64,000 bases of DNA, taken from the NCBI RefSeq assembly GCF_001447785.1, contig NW_015163612.1, forward strand, positions 1,098,430 to 1,162,429. Direction: 5' to 3'. The notes under the pieces were generated by a model. It was not told the origin of the DNA. It made no database searches and worked only from the letters and a program-made list of their open reading frames with translations. This DNA comes from Gekko japonicus. Its lineage: Eukaryota. A program made the position numbers and the translations under genes. Below, in pieces: positions 34,400-46,807 of this stretch (its first letter is position 1; the number at the start of each line of letters is the position of its first letter).

Positions 34400-35265
34400 A
34401 GGAGAGCGGCCTCAGCTGAACAGAATGCCATAGAGGCCACCCTCCAAAGCAGTTATTTTCTCCAGGAGGAGAGAGAGAGCTGTTGTCTGGAGTTCAGTTG
34501 TGATACCAGGCAATACCACAGCCAGTTAGCACTTCAGAGCAGAGTCTGCCAGACCCAGGTTCTTGCTGTAGAAGCTGAGTGGGTGATTTCGGACCAGTCA
34601 CAGACTTTCAGCCTAACCTACCTCACAGGGTTGTTTTGCAAGTCAAAAGGGGGAGAGAATGACGTAAACTGCTTTGGTCCTATTGCAGGAAAGACTACTT
34701 TTCCTCCTGGAGAACCATTGCTGTCAATCTCCAGGTGAGGGCTGGAGATCACTCAGAATTACAACTACTCTGCAGATGACAGAGATCAGTTCCCCTGGAG
34801 AAAATGGTGGACTCTGTGTCCTTATACTCTGCTGAGATGGCCCCCCTATGACAGCCAGTGTGACATAGCATTCAGGGCTTCAGAGCAGGGTAGAGGCTGC
34901 AGGGAGGAGGGAATGGAAAGCTGAAGTCAGAGGAGCAAATAAAGGAAGGTTGATGACTGGCTGGGAAGGAGATAGGGTTGCCAACTCCAGATTGGAAAAT
35001 TCATGGAGATTTGAGGGATGGAGCTTGGAGAGGGTGAGGTTTGAGGAGGGGTGGGACCTCAGACAGGTACAATGCCTTAGACTCCACCCTCCAAACCAGC
35101 CATTTCCTCCTGGGGAAACATTGTTGCCAATCTCCAGGTGAGGGCTGGAGATCACTCAGAATTACAACTGCTTTCCAGGAAGGAGGGGGGAGGAGATGGA
35201 GAGCTGAAGTCAGAAGGGCAGATAACGGCAGGTTGATATGTGAGGGAACCTTTTAGAAAGAGCCA

Positions 35266-36420
35266 GATAAGAGCATAAGAAGAGACCTGCTGGATCAGAC
35301 CAATAGTCCATCTAGACCAGCATCCTATCTTACACACTGGCCAACTGGTTCTTCTGGATGGCCAACAACAGGGCAAAGAGGCCGAGGCCTTGCCCTGATG
35401 TTGCCTCCTGGCTCTGGGATTCAGAGAATTAGTGCCTCTGAAAGTGGAGGTCCCCCTCAGTCACCATGGATAGTAGCCATTGATAGACGTATCCTCCATG
35501 AATCTATCTAATCCCCTTTTAAAGCTATTTATTCCTGTGGCCATCACTACATTCTCTGGCAGCAAACTCCACATTTTAATCACTCTCTGTGTAAAGAAGC
35601 ATTTCCTGTTGTTCATACTGAACCTACTACCCAACAGCTTCATTGGATGCCCTTGAGTTCTACTATTTTGGGAGAGGGAGAAGAGGTTCTCTTTGTCAAC
35701 TCCCTCCCTCCCCATGCATAATTCTCTATCATGCCCCTTTTAGTCATCTTTTTTTAAAACTGAAAAGTCCCAGACCCTTCAGCCTTTCCTCATAGGGAAG
35801 GTCCTCCAACCCCCTAACCATCTTGGTTGCCCTCCTTGATACTTTTCCCAGCTCTGCAATGTTCTTTTGGAGATAAGGTGACCAGAATTGTCCACAGTAT
35901 TCCAAAAGTGGCTGTGCCATAGATCTATACAGGGGCATTACAATATTGGCCATTTTATTCTCAATCCCTTTCCTAATAATCCCTAACACAGAATTTGCCT
36001 TTTTCACTGCTGCAGCACATTGCGTCGACACCTTCATTGAACTATCCCCTACAACCCCAAGATCGTTTCCCCTCTCAGTCTCATTAGCCTATATGTGAAG
36101 GTGGGATTTTTTGTCCCAATATGCATCACATTACACTTACCAACACTGAACTTCCATTTTCCACATTGTTGCCCACTCACCCAGTTTGTGGAAGTCCTCT
36201 TGGAGCTCTTCACAGTCAGCCTTGGTTTTCACCATCTCAAATAATTTAGTGTAATCTGCAAATTTGGCTGCTACTTAGCCACTATACTACACTACTCACC
36301 CCTAGCTCCAGATCATTAAATAGTACCGGCCCCATTACTTCCCTCCATTGTGAGAACTGTCCACTTATTCCTACTCTTTGCTTCCTGTCATTTAACTGAT
36401 TTAACCGAATCTGTAAATGG
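35266..36420 (-). mobile_element. CR1 LINE 3' fragment (RT C-terminus + 3' UTR)
   Basis: Minus ORFs QCAAAVKKANSVLGIIRKGIENK...LEYCGQFWSPY and RTQGHPMKL...FFTQRVIKMW...FKRGLDRFM are hallmark CR1 ORF2; (TTCTTATG)-like tail. Confidence 0.92.
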
Positions 36421-39400
36421 CACTCTCTGTATGTGCCATGTGATTTCTAATGTTCAGTGTTCTCATGGGAGAAAGGAACTGAGAGGCTGTAAATAGGATC
36501 AGGAAACAGTACAACTTTAATCAGGATTTTCCTTTGCTGTAATGCCGTTAACATTTGTTTCCTTGTGTCATAGTGTCCCCCCCCCCACTTGTCTTCTTGT
36601 GGTCATATTCTGTTCACTTGGATTGTGGTGGAACAATTCTTCTTTCAGTCTTCTTAGTTTTGTCAGGGAGCAGCTTAGTTTCATGTAGTTCAGACAGAAA
36701 ATCTTCCAGATGTTTACTACTGTTTTACAGATGATCTTTGTTTCACACAGCCGCTGTCCAATTATGCTGAAAACACAGTTGCCATCTTTAAATGAATCAT
36801 AAATCAGTCGTCACTAGTAAATTTGGTGCGCACAGAAGTCACACTGATTTTTTTTCCCTCTTGACCACTAGGAGCTTTCTTTTAAAAATGGAAACAAATG
36901 TTTTCACTGCCAAATTGTGAGTCACAAAAAATAGGCTCATTAATTCACCTTCAGTCTTGAAAATGATAAACTTTTCCATGATTTTTAAAAATTATTGTTA
37001 GGAAATTCATCTTTTGCAAAATATCAGGATTGATATAAGCTTGAAAAACAAAGGGATACTGCCAAACTGGGGAAATAATTTTTAAGTCATAGTGTAAGAT
37101 TTGAAAGCTCTCTTCTGATAAATATCAGAAGCTAGCTTTCAAATTCTTTTCCTAGTATGGCAGCTTCCCTTCATTTACATATTGTATCCTCCCTCCCTGC
37201 TCTTAACTATTCTTAGAAGTCATAGGAGATTAACGGAAGCCCTGTTCCATCAATGCAAGTTCAGATTGCAATTTCATTTTGACCCAGCTGTGGCTCAAAT
37301 GCTTAGGTCAAATACTGGCAGGACTACAATAAAGCGGCGTAAGATCACTTGTTCTTTTTTAGAGATATTGGACTATCTGTCAGCAACTTGTCCTGTCAGC
37401 CAGCCTAATTGGGGAAAATGAATCACAGGCACAGAGCTGAGTTCATTTTACGCAAGTAACAAAAGAAACTATGTCTCTTGAGCATCATCATTATGGTCTA
37501 TCTCAGGATCAAAAATTGTTCATAGTAGATTGAAGAGTTCTCTGATGAAAACCGAGATATATCAGTGTGCCAGCTCTCCTCTTCATTTCAGCGTATTTTT
37601 TATGTTTCCTTCCTTCCTTCCTTCCTTCCCTCTACTGGCCAAACTACATGATACATCTGACAGTTGCTGAGTCATGTGTATGCAACTGAACTCACAGACA
37701 GATATGCATCAGAAGAACTCACCTAAAAAGTGCTCATTACTGCAAGGGAGTGCTGCAAGAGGAGAAAAGGGGCTTCCAGTTTCCCCCTCAATCCCCTTTC
37801 ACCAGCAGGAAGGGAAATGGGGAGGGGCTTTAACCCCTTTTCTCTAGCTCTATGTGTCCTTCCTAGATCACATGGAAACAGACAACAGAGGGGGGGGAAG
37901 CCCCCCTCATCTTCATTCCCACAAGCAAAAGCAATGTGGGAAGCAAACTGGAAGCCCCTTGTAGTGCCAAGCAAATGAATGCTTTTTAAGATGAGTTCCT
38001 CTGATGAACGTCTGGATGCAAGTCCTTTTGTGCATCTGTGACTTGGCATGTGTTGGGTGTATCATGTAGGTAATCCCCCAGTTTGAGGTCTACACACACA
38101 AGGATATTCTACTGCCAGGGGGTGGGGAGATTTCTGGAGATGCCCATTAATAGCTCACTTGGAAGAGGAAACAGTTCCTTTGAAAATGTCATGCAGCTCA
38201 ACTGCTTTCCCTTTACACAGGATGTGGAATGGAACAGCATCACTACTTGCCATTTTTAGACTGGTCCTTTCTGAAACTTTGTCTCTTTTTTTGCAAAGAT
38301 GCATTTTTCCATGACGCCTCAAAGATAGGTTTAGTTTACATAAGCCGAAGGTGGCCACACAAGGGCACCATTTCAGCTCTCAATAGCGGTGAGGACAAAG
38401 TCTAAATGCTCATGCTTGGATACATTTGAAATCAAATTGCAACATTTGTTTGGATTGTTTATAGAACAAAATAATATAGTGATATAAGCAATTCAAGTCA
38501 AACAGTTACCTCTCCTTTATTTTTCCTAAGAAAACACATTTGTGATTTTTGGCATGTATAACTAAGCGCAAAATAAGATTACTTGCTTATAACAATAGCA
38601 GCTAGAGCTTAGTATCAGTGATATAACTGTTCTCAAGAAATAATCACATATCAAATATTTTATGTTTCACGTTGTTTTAAAAGCTTTTACTGTTGAATCA
38701 TTTTTATTTTATTAGCCTTGCTTTATATGATTCTAACAACTTAACAGTATTTTAGAATCAGCCGTCCTTTTCTGGGACAAGCTGTTAGTATATATGTATA
38801 GTAATCCACAGGAAACTGGAAACTACAGATTACAAGCCCAAGGCAACTCTCTCAAGTCAGAGTTAGGGAACTACCTCCTTTTCTAACCTGAGCAACTGCA
38901 TTTCCTTAATAGTAGATCAAGGACAATAAATTTACACCTGGATTCCTGTCCTGATCCTATGACCCAGTGGGGCCAATGCTGTTTCCTATCATCTATCCTA
39001 TTCAAAGAAACGTTGCCATGTTGGGGCTACATATGGTGGATAAGTAACGGCATTGGTAACTGCACTGTAGTGTCTCAGTAATTCCTAAGCACTATTGGGC
39101 CATATGGCTCAGAGGAACACATTAATTATGTGCAACATGTTTAGGCATAACCCACCTTCAGAAACCACATCTCATCCTCTGAAAACCACATCCCATTCCT
39201 AAAATCCAGACAAATATACAAATAATCACTGCATGTCTAAAGCTTACCAGACTAGCCAAACATGAATTTGGTGGGCAAAGCAGAGGTTCTTGAGGCGACT
39301 GAGACACTAGATGAGGTCAATCTAACTCTATCCCAATAAGTGAAAAGCTTAAGAGTACTTCTTGGCCTAGACAAACATTAAAACAAACAAACAAACAAAA

Positions 39401-39967
39401 AACAGTTGGTGAAGTTTCTAGAATCCCCTTTTATCATTTTAATCTGATTCAAAAAACTTTCCTCCCTTCTGGACTTTGATGACCTAGCCACACTGATCCA
39501 TGCCTCAAGACCCCCCTCCCCAACTGGAGTACTGCAATGTACTCTATGTGGGGCTACCTTTGAATGTAATCTGCACCATCCTCTATATGCAGTAGCTTAC
39601 CTTCTGACTGGTGCCGGGCAACACTGACATCTTTATATCTAATCCTGAACTGTTTCCTGGAATGTGGATTAAAATACCCATACAGTAGTGTCAGGGAGAG
39701 ATAGGGAGATTTTCCAAGAAAATAGAGGAAAGACCCTGGTTTGCAGGGGGGAAATATAATAATAATAATAACAACAGCAGCAGCAGCAGCAGCAACAAAG
39801 CATCTGTAGCTTTAAAGAATGCCCACTGAGATCTCTTGAGACTATGTTCTGAGATTTCCTAGGCAACCACAATATTGCCTTCCAAGCCTTGGGTGTGTCA
39901 GTCTCAGGTGGAGGGAAGAGATTGAAAAAAGGTTAAAAAATAGAAGGGAGGGAAGGAAACAAGGAAA

Positions 39968-40008
39968 AGAGAGAAGAAGAAGAAGAAGAAGAAGAAGAAG
40001 AAGAAGAA
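39968..40008 (+). repeat. (GAA)n microsatellite
   Basis: Direct reading. Confidence 0.9.
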
Positions 40009-40494
40009 AGGAGAAACAGAGAACAGAGAACATTAGTTAAGTTGGTGAGAGAGAAGAAAAGGGGAGAGGCTGCTGGGGGAGGGGAGGGAGAAAGCTGAAG
40101 ACTGAAGGGGCAGATAAAGGTAGGATGGTTGATGGATGAGACGGAGAGACGGAGAGAAGGAAGCAGAGAGCAATGAGTGGCTATGGGAGCTTTTGGGGGA
40201 GCAAAGGAGGATGTACCCTGTGAGACTTCATGAGTCTCCTGCTTATATAATACCAATTTACAATACTGACATTAGCTGCCTTTTTTCCTATATGTTTCCT
40301 GGCACAGTTCTGACAGCTCCAGTTTCTTTATGTACCAGAAAATATTGCACAGAAATGATCTGAGTCAATTCTTTGATCAATTTTATTAGTACAGCAGGTT
40401 CAAGTTTGTTCATTTGTTTCTCTGATGTATTGGCTCCATAGTAGCTTCAGAACAGAAATCTTATTACAGCAGTTTCTCAAAGACCCTATATATT

Positions 40495-41080
40495 TATAGA
40501 ATCAGATAATCTTAAGGGGCCTCCAGGTCACCTAGTCCAACCTCTGGATCATCTAGTCCAACCCCTTGCACAATGCAATGAATTCACACCCCCAGTGAAT
40601 GACTCCTGCTCTATGCCCAGAAGAGGGGGGGAAACTCCCCTCCAGGATCTCTGGTCAAATTGGCCTTGGGAAAATTGCTGCCTGGCCCCAAAGTGGCGAT
40701 CAGCATTTCCCTAAGCATGTAAGAAAGGCCCACAAGAACTAAGCACTGATGCAACCTTTCCGGCCTTCCTTCTCATGATCTGCCTAAGTTCACAGAATCA
40801 GCATTACTGTCAGATGGCCATCAAGTTTCTGTTTGAAAACCTTCAAAGAAGGCGAGCCCACCACCTCCCAAGGAAGTCTTTTCCACTGAGAAACCACTCT
40901 GTCAGGAAGTCCTTCCTAATGTTTAGCCAAAAACTCTTTTGATTTGATTTCAACCTGTTGGTTCTGGTCTGACCTTCTGGGGCAACAAAAAACAACTCTG
41001 CACCATCCTTTATATGACAGCCCTTCAAGTACTTAAAGATGATTATTATATTACCTCTCAGTTGTCTCATCTCCAGGCTA
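40495..41080 (-). mobile_element. CR1 LINE 3' fragment (second family)
   Basis: LRGNIIIIFKYLKGCHIKDGAELF...RTN motif on the minus strand; ATAGAATC-type tail. Confidence 0.85.
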
Positions 41081-41532
41081 TGGGACTATTTATTTATTTA
41101 TAATTAAAATATTTTATGATGCCTTTCCACTCAAATAGGGTCCCCAAGGTAGCAAACATCAAACATTAAAACATTTCAACATTAAAAACATTTAAAATAA
41201 AGTGTGTGTGTGTGTATTCAGTAAAAACATAAAAATAGACATAACACCAAGTAAGCTCTGTGATAGTGGGTTTCAGTTATTAGAATGTCTGAGATCTGAG
41301 TGAGAAAGTTGCCCTTTAAAGTTATTTTTTAGTCAAGTATGTCACTGTGATGTCTGTTCTGTGGTTTACAGAGAACGCACACTAAAGAGGAAGAAGCAGC
41401 ACGTAGCAACCACAGCAGTAGCACTGTATTTCTAAACACAGCAGTTATTCAAACCTAGAAATATCCAGTGGCCTTGGAACTTTTCAGCTACCCAGATCTT
41501 ATGCTAACAATGAGAGGTCTTGTATCCCTGAC

Positions 41533-41604
41533 CTGGGTCTACAGCATGTAATAATTGGCTAAGGGAAGCTAAGCTTAGCCAATTATTATATGCTGTAGAC
41601 CCAG
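41533..41604. repeat. Near-perfect 72-nt hairpin (31-bp arms, 10-nt loop)
   Basis: 41533-41563 pairs with 41574-41604 at 30/31 positions. Confidence 0.93.
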
Positions 41605-42124
41605 TCACATTAGAGCCTGCTATAGGAGCTCCCCAGTCACCAGAATCTAAGCGCGGTAGCGTTATCAAAAATTGTGTAAGAACTAGCATTTTGAAATATG
41701 GCTTGCAGCACTTCATTCTAATGAAGAAATAATTACAGAATGACAAACCTGATGAAGGACACGCAAACGGATAGTGTACTAGAACTCCATCGTTTGTCTG
41801 TAACTAGTACTGTATTACTTTGTATGTACGGCTAAGCTTTATATCGCATATTGTAGTGTAATTGTTGCAATCTTGTTAATAATTGAATTCTAAACATTGC
41901 ATATAAAAACCAAAAAATACTGTTTAATTGTACACGGTGATCTACTGTTTTACTGGCTATTACACACCATGGTCCTGTTTGTTAGAATACTTTACAGCAG
42001 CAAGGAGGAAGTTCCCAGAAGTTGGATCTCTATGGCCTGTCAACTTCAACCAGGCCAAAATCTCTAGCAGTAATTACTGTACATGTTGGAGTCATGATTA
42101 AAAAAGGGGGGAAACCAACCCAAT

Positions 42125-42544
42125 TGTCAGCAAGCTGCCATGGTGTTCTGTGTGACTTCTGGTTGTACATATGTGATCCCTGTCCCTCCCAGCTGACCTA
42201 TGTGTTTGCCTGCTGTAATGCCAAAGTAAAACAACTGGAGGATGTGAGGGGGAGAGTATGCTTCGCTGCCAGCTTGTTATTTCTCAAGCCTGAGAACTGC
42301 ACCTGTGTTGTGTCTACTGTTTGCCTGGTTCCCATGATCTGAGCAAGGAACCGTTTTCTCCTGCCCGCCGGCGGGAACGTTATCCATTGGTTCTGTATCT
42401 AACTTGAATCCCTTTATCATGTCTGCCCTAACTGCTGGTCCCCAGTTCTAACAAAGAACGTGTTTGAGTGTCTTTCCAATGCTTTGAAATAAACTTTGCT
42501 TTCTTTGAAACGTGGATTTATTCTCGATGCTTGGGGATCCAACA
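42125..42544 (+). mobile_element. Solo LTR (420 bp) related to the LTR at 76-517
   Basis: TGTCAGCAAGCTGCCAT...GATCCAACA; exact 5-bp TSD CCAAT (42120-42124 / 42545-42549); ATTGG, TATA-like TTTATCAT, AATAAA at 42488-42493. Confidence 0.92.
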
Positions 42545-42642
42545 CCAATACAGGAAAGGTAACCAAAAAGGTTGAGGCGAAAACAATGATCAAATATAGT
42601 TAAGCACCCAGTGTTAATATAAAAATATACAATATATTTTTA

Positions 42643-43156
42643 TTATACACAGGAAATATTAAAATCACAATAAAATCCACATATCTATGGGCCATTCATC
42701 CAAGTGTTTTATTTCATCAGCCCATGGATCTGTTTAGGCCTAATCTGCAATATTCAAAATCCAGATAGAGTGCTCAGCTACAATGTTAGCTGTTCGCCAG
42801 GGGCAGCATGAGTGGCCCATGTTGCATTTTAAGAATATTTATTCCTACTTACTCCACGGGTGAACATCTCTGTGTGAGTAAGGTCTACACCGTATTTGGT
42901 AATTGTTGTTTTTTAGGTCCATTCTGTATATGATGAGTTTGAAATATATTGATGTTTAACTTATGGAATGCTCAGCTTGTATTTTACCACTGATGAAGGC
43001 TATTAGTCAAAATACGTTTGGTTCTTGTATTTGAAGAAGTACCTTTTAACTTGTATTTATATGTTCTGATATTTGTCCTGATATTAGGTATAAGTAGTTA
43101 TATACAGAACCATAGATATGTGTTTTTATTGTGATTTTAATATTTCCTATGCATAA
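42643..43156. mobile_element. Probable Penelope-like fragment with inverted terminal segments
   Basis: ~47-bp inverted repeat (42643-42690 / 43110-43156); degenerate CTGATGA hammerhead core near 42990 on the + strand and near 42721 on the - strand. Confidence 0.5.
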
Positions 43157-46100
43157 CTAAAATATCTACGTATATATCTAATTCCCAAGTTGCCCCCTGC
43201 GTGCCGATATCTAAATCCGCACATCTGGGGCACTTGGGGGGCAGGGAGATTTTCCTGCACACTTGGGGCAATCCCCAGGTGTGCAGAAAAATATGAAAAG
43301 TTGGGGAAAATTTTAAATTACCTAAAAAGTAAAAAGTAAAAGAGTGTTCCCTGCGCATGCGCAGAGAACACTCTGGGAATTCTGGTGGGAATGCGGCTGG
43401 AAGGTGCTCAGGCCTCGCCGCCANNNNNNNNNNNNNNNNNNNNNNNNNNNNNNNNNNNNNNNNNNNNNNNNNNNNNNNNNNNNNNNNNNNNNNNNNNNNN
43501 NNNNNNNNNNNNNNNNNNNNNNNNNNNNNNNNNNNNNNNNNNNNNNNNNNNNNNNNNNNNNNNNNNNNNNNNNNNNNNNNNNNNNNNNNNNNNNNNNNNN
43601 NNNNNNNNNNNNNNNNNNNNNNNNNNNNNNNNNNNNNNNNNNNNNNNNNNNNNNNNNNNNNNNNNNNNNNNNNNNNNNNNNNNNNNNNNNNNNNNNNNNN
43701 NNNNNNNNNNNNNNNNNNNNNNNNNNNNNNNNNNNNNNNNNNNNNNNNNNNNNNNNNNNNNNNNNNNNNNNNNNNNNNNNNNNNNNNNNNNNNNNNNNNN
43801 NNNNNNNNNNNNNNNNNNNNNNNNNNNNNNNNNNNNNNNNNNNNNNNNNNNNNNNNNNNNNNNNNNNNNNNNNNNNNNNNNNNNNNNNNNNNNNNNNNNN
43901 NNNNNNNNNNNNNNNNNNNNNNNNNNNNNNNNNNNNNNNNNNNNNNNNNNNNNNNNNNNNNNNNNNNNNNNNNNNNNNNNNNNNNNNNNNNNNNNNNNNN
44001 NNNNNNNNNNNNNNNNNNNNNNNNNNNNNNNNNNNNNNNNNNNNNNNNNNNNNNNNNNNNNNNNNNNNNNNNNNNNNNNNNNNNNNNNNNNNNNNNNNNN
44101 NNNNNNNNNNNNNNNNNNNNNNNNNNNNNAAGAATAGGGAATTGTCTGTTGGGGGGAGAGAAAGAAAAGAATGGGAGATTGTCTGAGGGAGGGGGAGAGG
44201 AAGAGGAAGGGGAAGGGGAGATTGGGGGGTAGAGAAATAGTGGAGAGAAAGAGAGGGGCAGACTGAGAGGGGTGGGTGTAAAGGGCATTGAGAAGGGCTG
44301 GGTTAAGAGGGGGTGAGACATACAAGGGGTGAGAAGAGAAGGGAGTAAGAAAGGATTGCTAGACAATGCTGTGGGGTCTCATGAGAAAAAATTCTACTTT
44401 GTGAGCTCCTGGCATTAAAGTTGTGAGTGAACGATTTGGCTGCTGCATAACTTAGTTTGGCTCTGGAGCCGTCCTTCCTGAGCTAAGACAAAAATGTGTG
44501 AGCCGAAGGCTAAAAAACTGAGCTAGCTCACACTAACTCAGCTTAGAGGGAACACTGGTAGGGAAGAAAGCTGACATAGAAGGGGTGAGAGGAGAAGGGG
44601 AGGGGAGGGAAGATTTGTAGATAAGGGGTGCTTGCAGAAAGAAAGAGGAGGGCACTTTGACAATAAAGGGGGGAGGGGGGGAAAGGTAGGGGAATGCCCC
44701 CTCCCCACAAGTTTCTTGCGAGGACTGCCTGCAACGAAGACTATGGTAGGGCCACAATACATTATGCAACATTTTATTGTGGGTCCCCTCTTGTATTGTA
44801 TATTTCCATACTGGTGTCACTACATTGCAGGTCGTTGTGTCCCCACCAGCAGCCACTGGGTTGCTTTCACATTCACAATTGAGTCTGGAATTATCCATCT
44901 GGATAATATAATTGACAATTTGTTTCATTCTAGTGTTTTCCCTTTCATCCTCCCATTTTTCCGGTCTGATTTGTTTAAAACATGTAAAATACTATTGCAA
45001 CTCCAGGCTGTCTCGTATAGACAGTCGAAAACAGTATTGAAGGTTTTCAAGGCTGTTGCCACTTTAAATGTTCAGAGTAAGTAATTACTTTCTGCTCTCT
45101 TCCACCACCAGCCATGGCATTCACGGATCAACTATTAATTCCAGTTTGGGAGAGCAATTAAGTACTACTTTTGGTATGCACACAAAGTCACTTTCATTTA
45201 CCTAAATTTATCTTTATGATTGTTATAACACCATTACAATAAAAACAAATAAAATAAAAATAATGAATAGCACAAAGGGAGAAGTGGAACTGCTAAATGA
45301 TTTGTGAATGCCATGGCTAGCCTTGGACAGAACAGTAAATAGTTAACTGGAACAAAGGAACAAATGGGAAACTGCAAGGAGAAACCAGACCTGTGCAGAA
45401 GAAAGATTTACTCCTGACTAAATGTATAGCCTTCTCCACAAGGGGGAGCATTGCTGGATTTTTATGGAGAATATGGTGCTACATTAAATGCTTTGTGGAA
45501 CCCCAGTGTCAGTTACACTTGCAGGCCTAGGGTTGCCAATTTCTAGGTGGAACCTGGAGATCTCCCAGTATTCCAATTGATCACCAGACAACTGAGATCA
45601 GTTCTCTCCTGGAGAAAATGGCTGCTTTGGAGGGTGGACTCTATGGCATTGTACCCTGCTGAGATCCCTCCCCTCTCCAAATCCCGCCTCCCCCGGGCTC
45701 CACCCCCAAAATCTCCGGGTATTTCTCTACCCAGAACGGGCAGCCCTACTTGAAGCTGCTTGTGGAAAAGGGATGACTGAATAGCACAAAAGTGTCCTAA
45801 TCATGGAGCGGGGGTGCATGGAGACTCACGATAGTTCCAATCCATGTGTCATATACACGAGGATTTGGGATGATTCACTGTGGAGAGGTGATGTTTCTAG
45901 CACCCCTATAGCAACTATAACACATTCTTCAATTTAGAGATGAAATATGGTAATAGACTCCTCTGTTTTCTTCTATGCTTGGAAGTGAATCATCATCAGC
46001 ATAATATATTACCTGAAAAGATTTTTTGGCAGTAACATTGAATTGTTTGGAATATGTACTTGCAGATCCTTTGTAATATCAGCTTTTTGGAGACTGATAT

Positions 46101-46258
46101 AAAGTGAACAGGATTTGGGGGAATGTGGCATTGAACCATTTAGAATTGATATGTATCTCACACACTGCCTAAATGCATTTCTGTGTTTGAAACAGATCAT
46201 TACCATATTGAATAAATAATATATCTTATTTGTACACTATTGAGAATCTGCAACATAA

Positions 46259-46807
46259 CATGGTCTGGGTCCAGCTTACCTAAGGGACCGCCTTTCCTCA
46301 TATGTTCCCCCTCGAGCACTTCGGTCTGGGACCCAACACCTCCTGGCAATGCCAGGTCCCAAAGAGGCCAGGCTGGCCGCTACCAGGGCCAGGGCTTTCT
46401 CGGTGGCGGCTCCTACCTGGTGGAATGAGCTCCCGGAGGAGATCCGGGCCCTGCGGGACCTTATGCAGTTCTGCAGGGCCTGTAAGACGGAGCTCTTCCA
46501 CCAGGCATATGAGTAGGAGCCGCCACTAACATCATCGCTATTCCATCTCTACCTGGCCCTGGATGAGGTGAACATCAGTCCCTGGAGCAGATGAGGCTGA
46601 ACAGTTATAAAAAATGCCATCTGATATTATGTTGAACATCTAGAGCACTCCAGTCTTTGATTGTTATGAATGCTTTTGTACTGTGGGATTTATAAATGTT
46701 TTTAAAGTTGTTTTATATTGGCATTTGCCACTTGTAAGCCGCCCTGAGCCCACATTGCGGGGAGGGCGGGGTATAAATTGAATTAAATAAATAAATAAAT
46801 AAATAAA
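46259..46807 (+). mobile_element. L2-clade LINE 3' fragment
   Basis: GLGPAYLRDRL...RAFSVAAPTWWNELPEEIR...FCRACKTELF; 3' end GTAAGCCGCCCTGAG...GGGCGGGGTATAAAT(AAAT)n. Confidence 0.85.

Noticed and set aside
33367-34738. Long ORFs of 250-409 aa (also 43137-44366 and 62649-63178)
   Set aside because: Artefacts of N runs and purine-rich low-complexity sequence.
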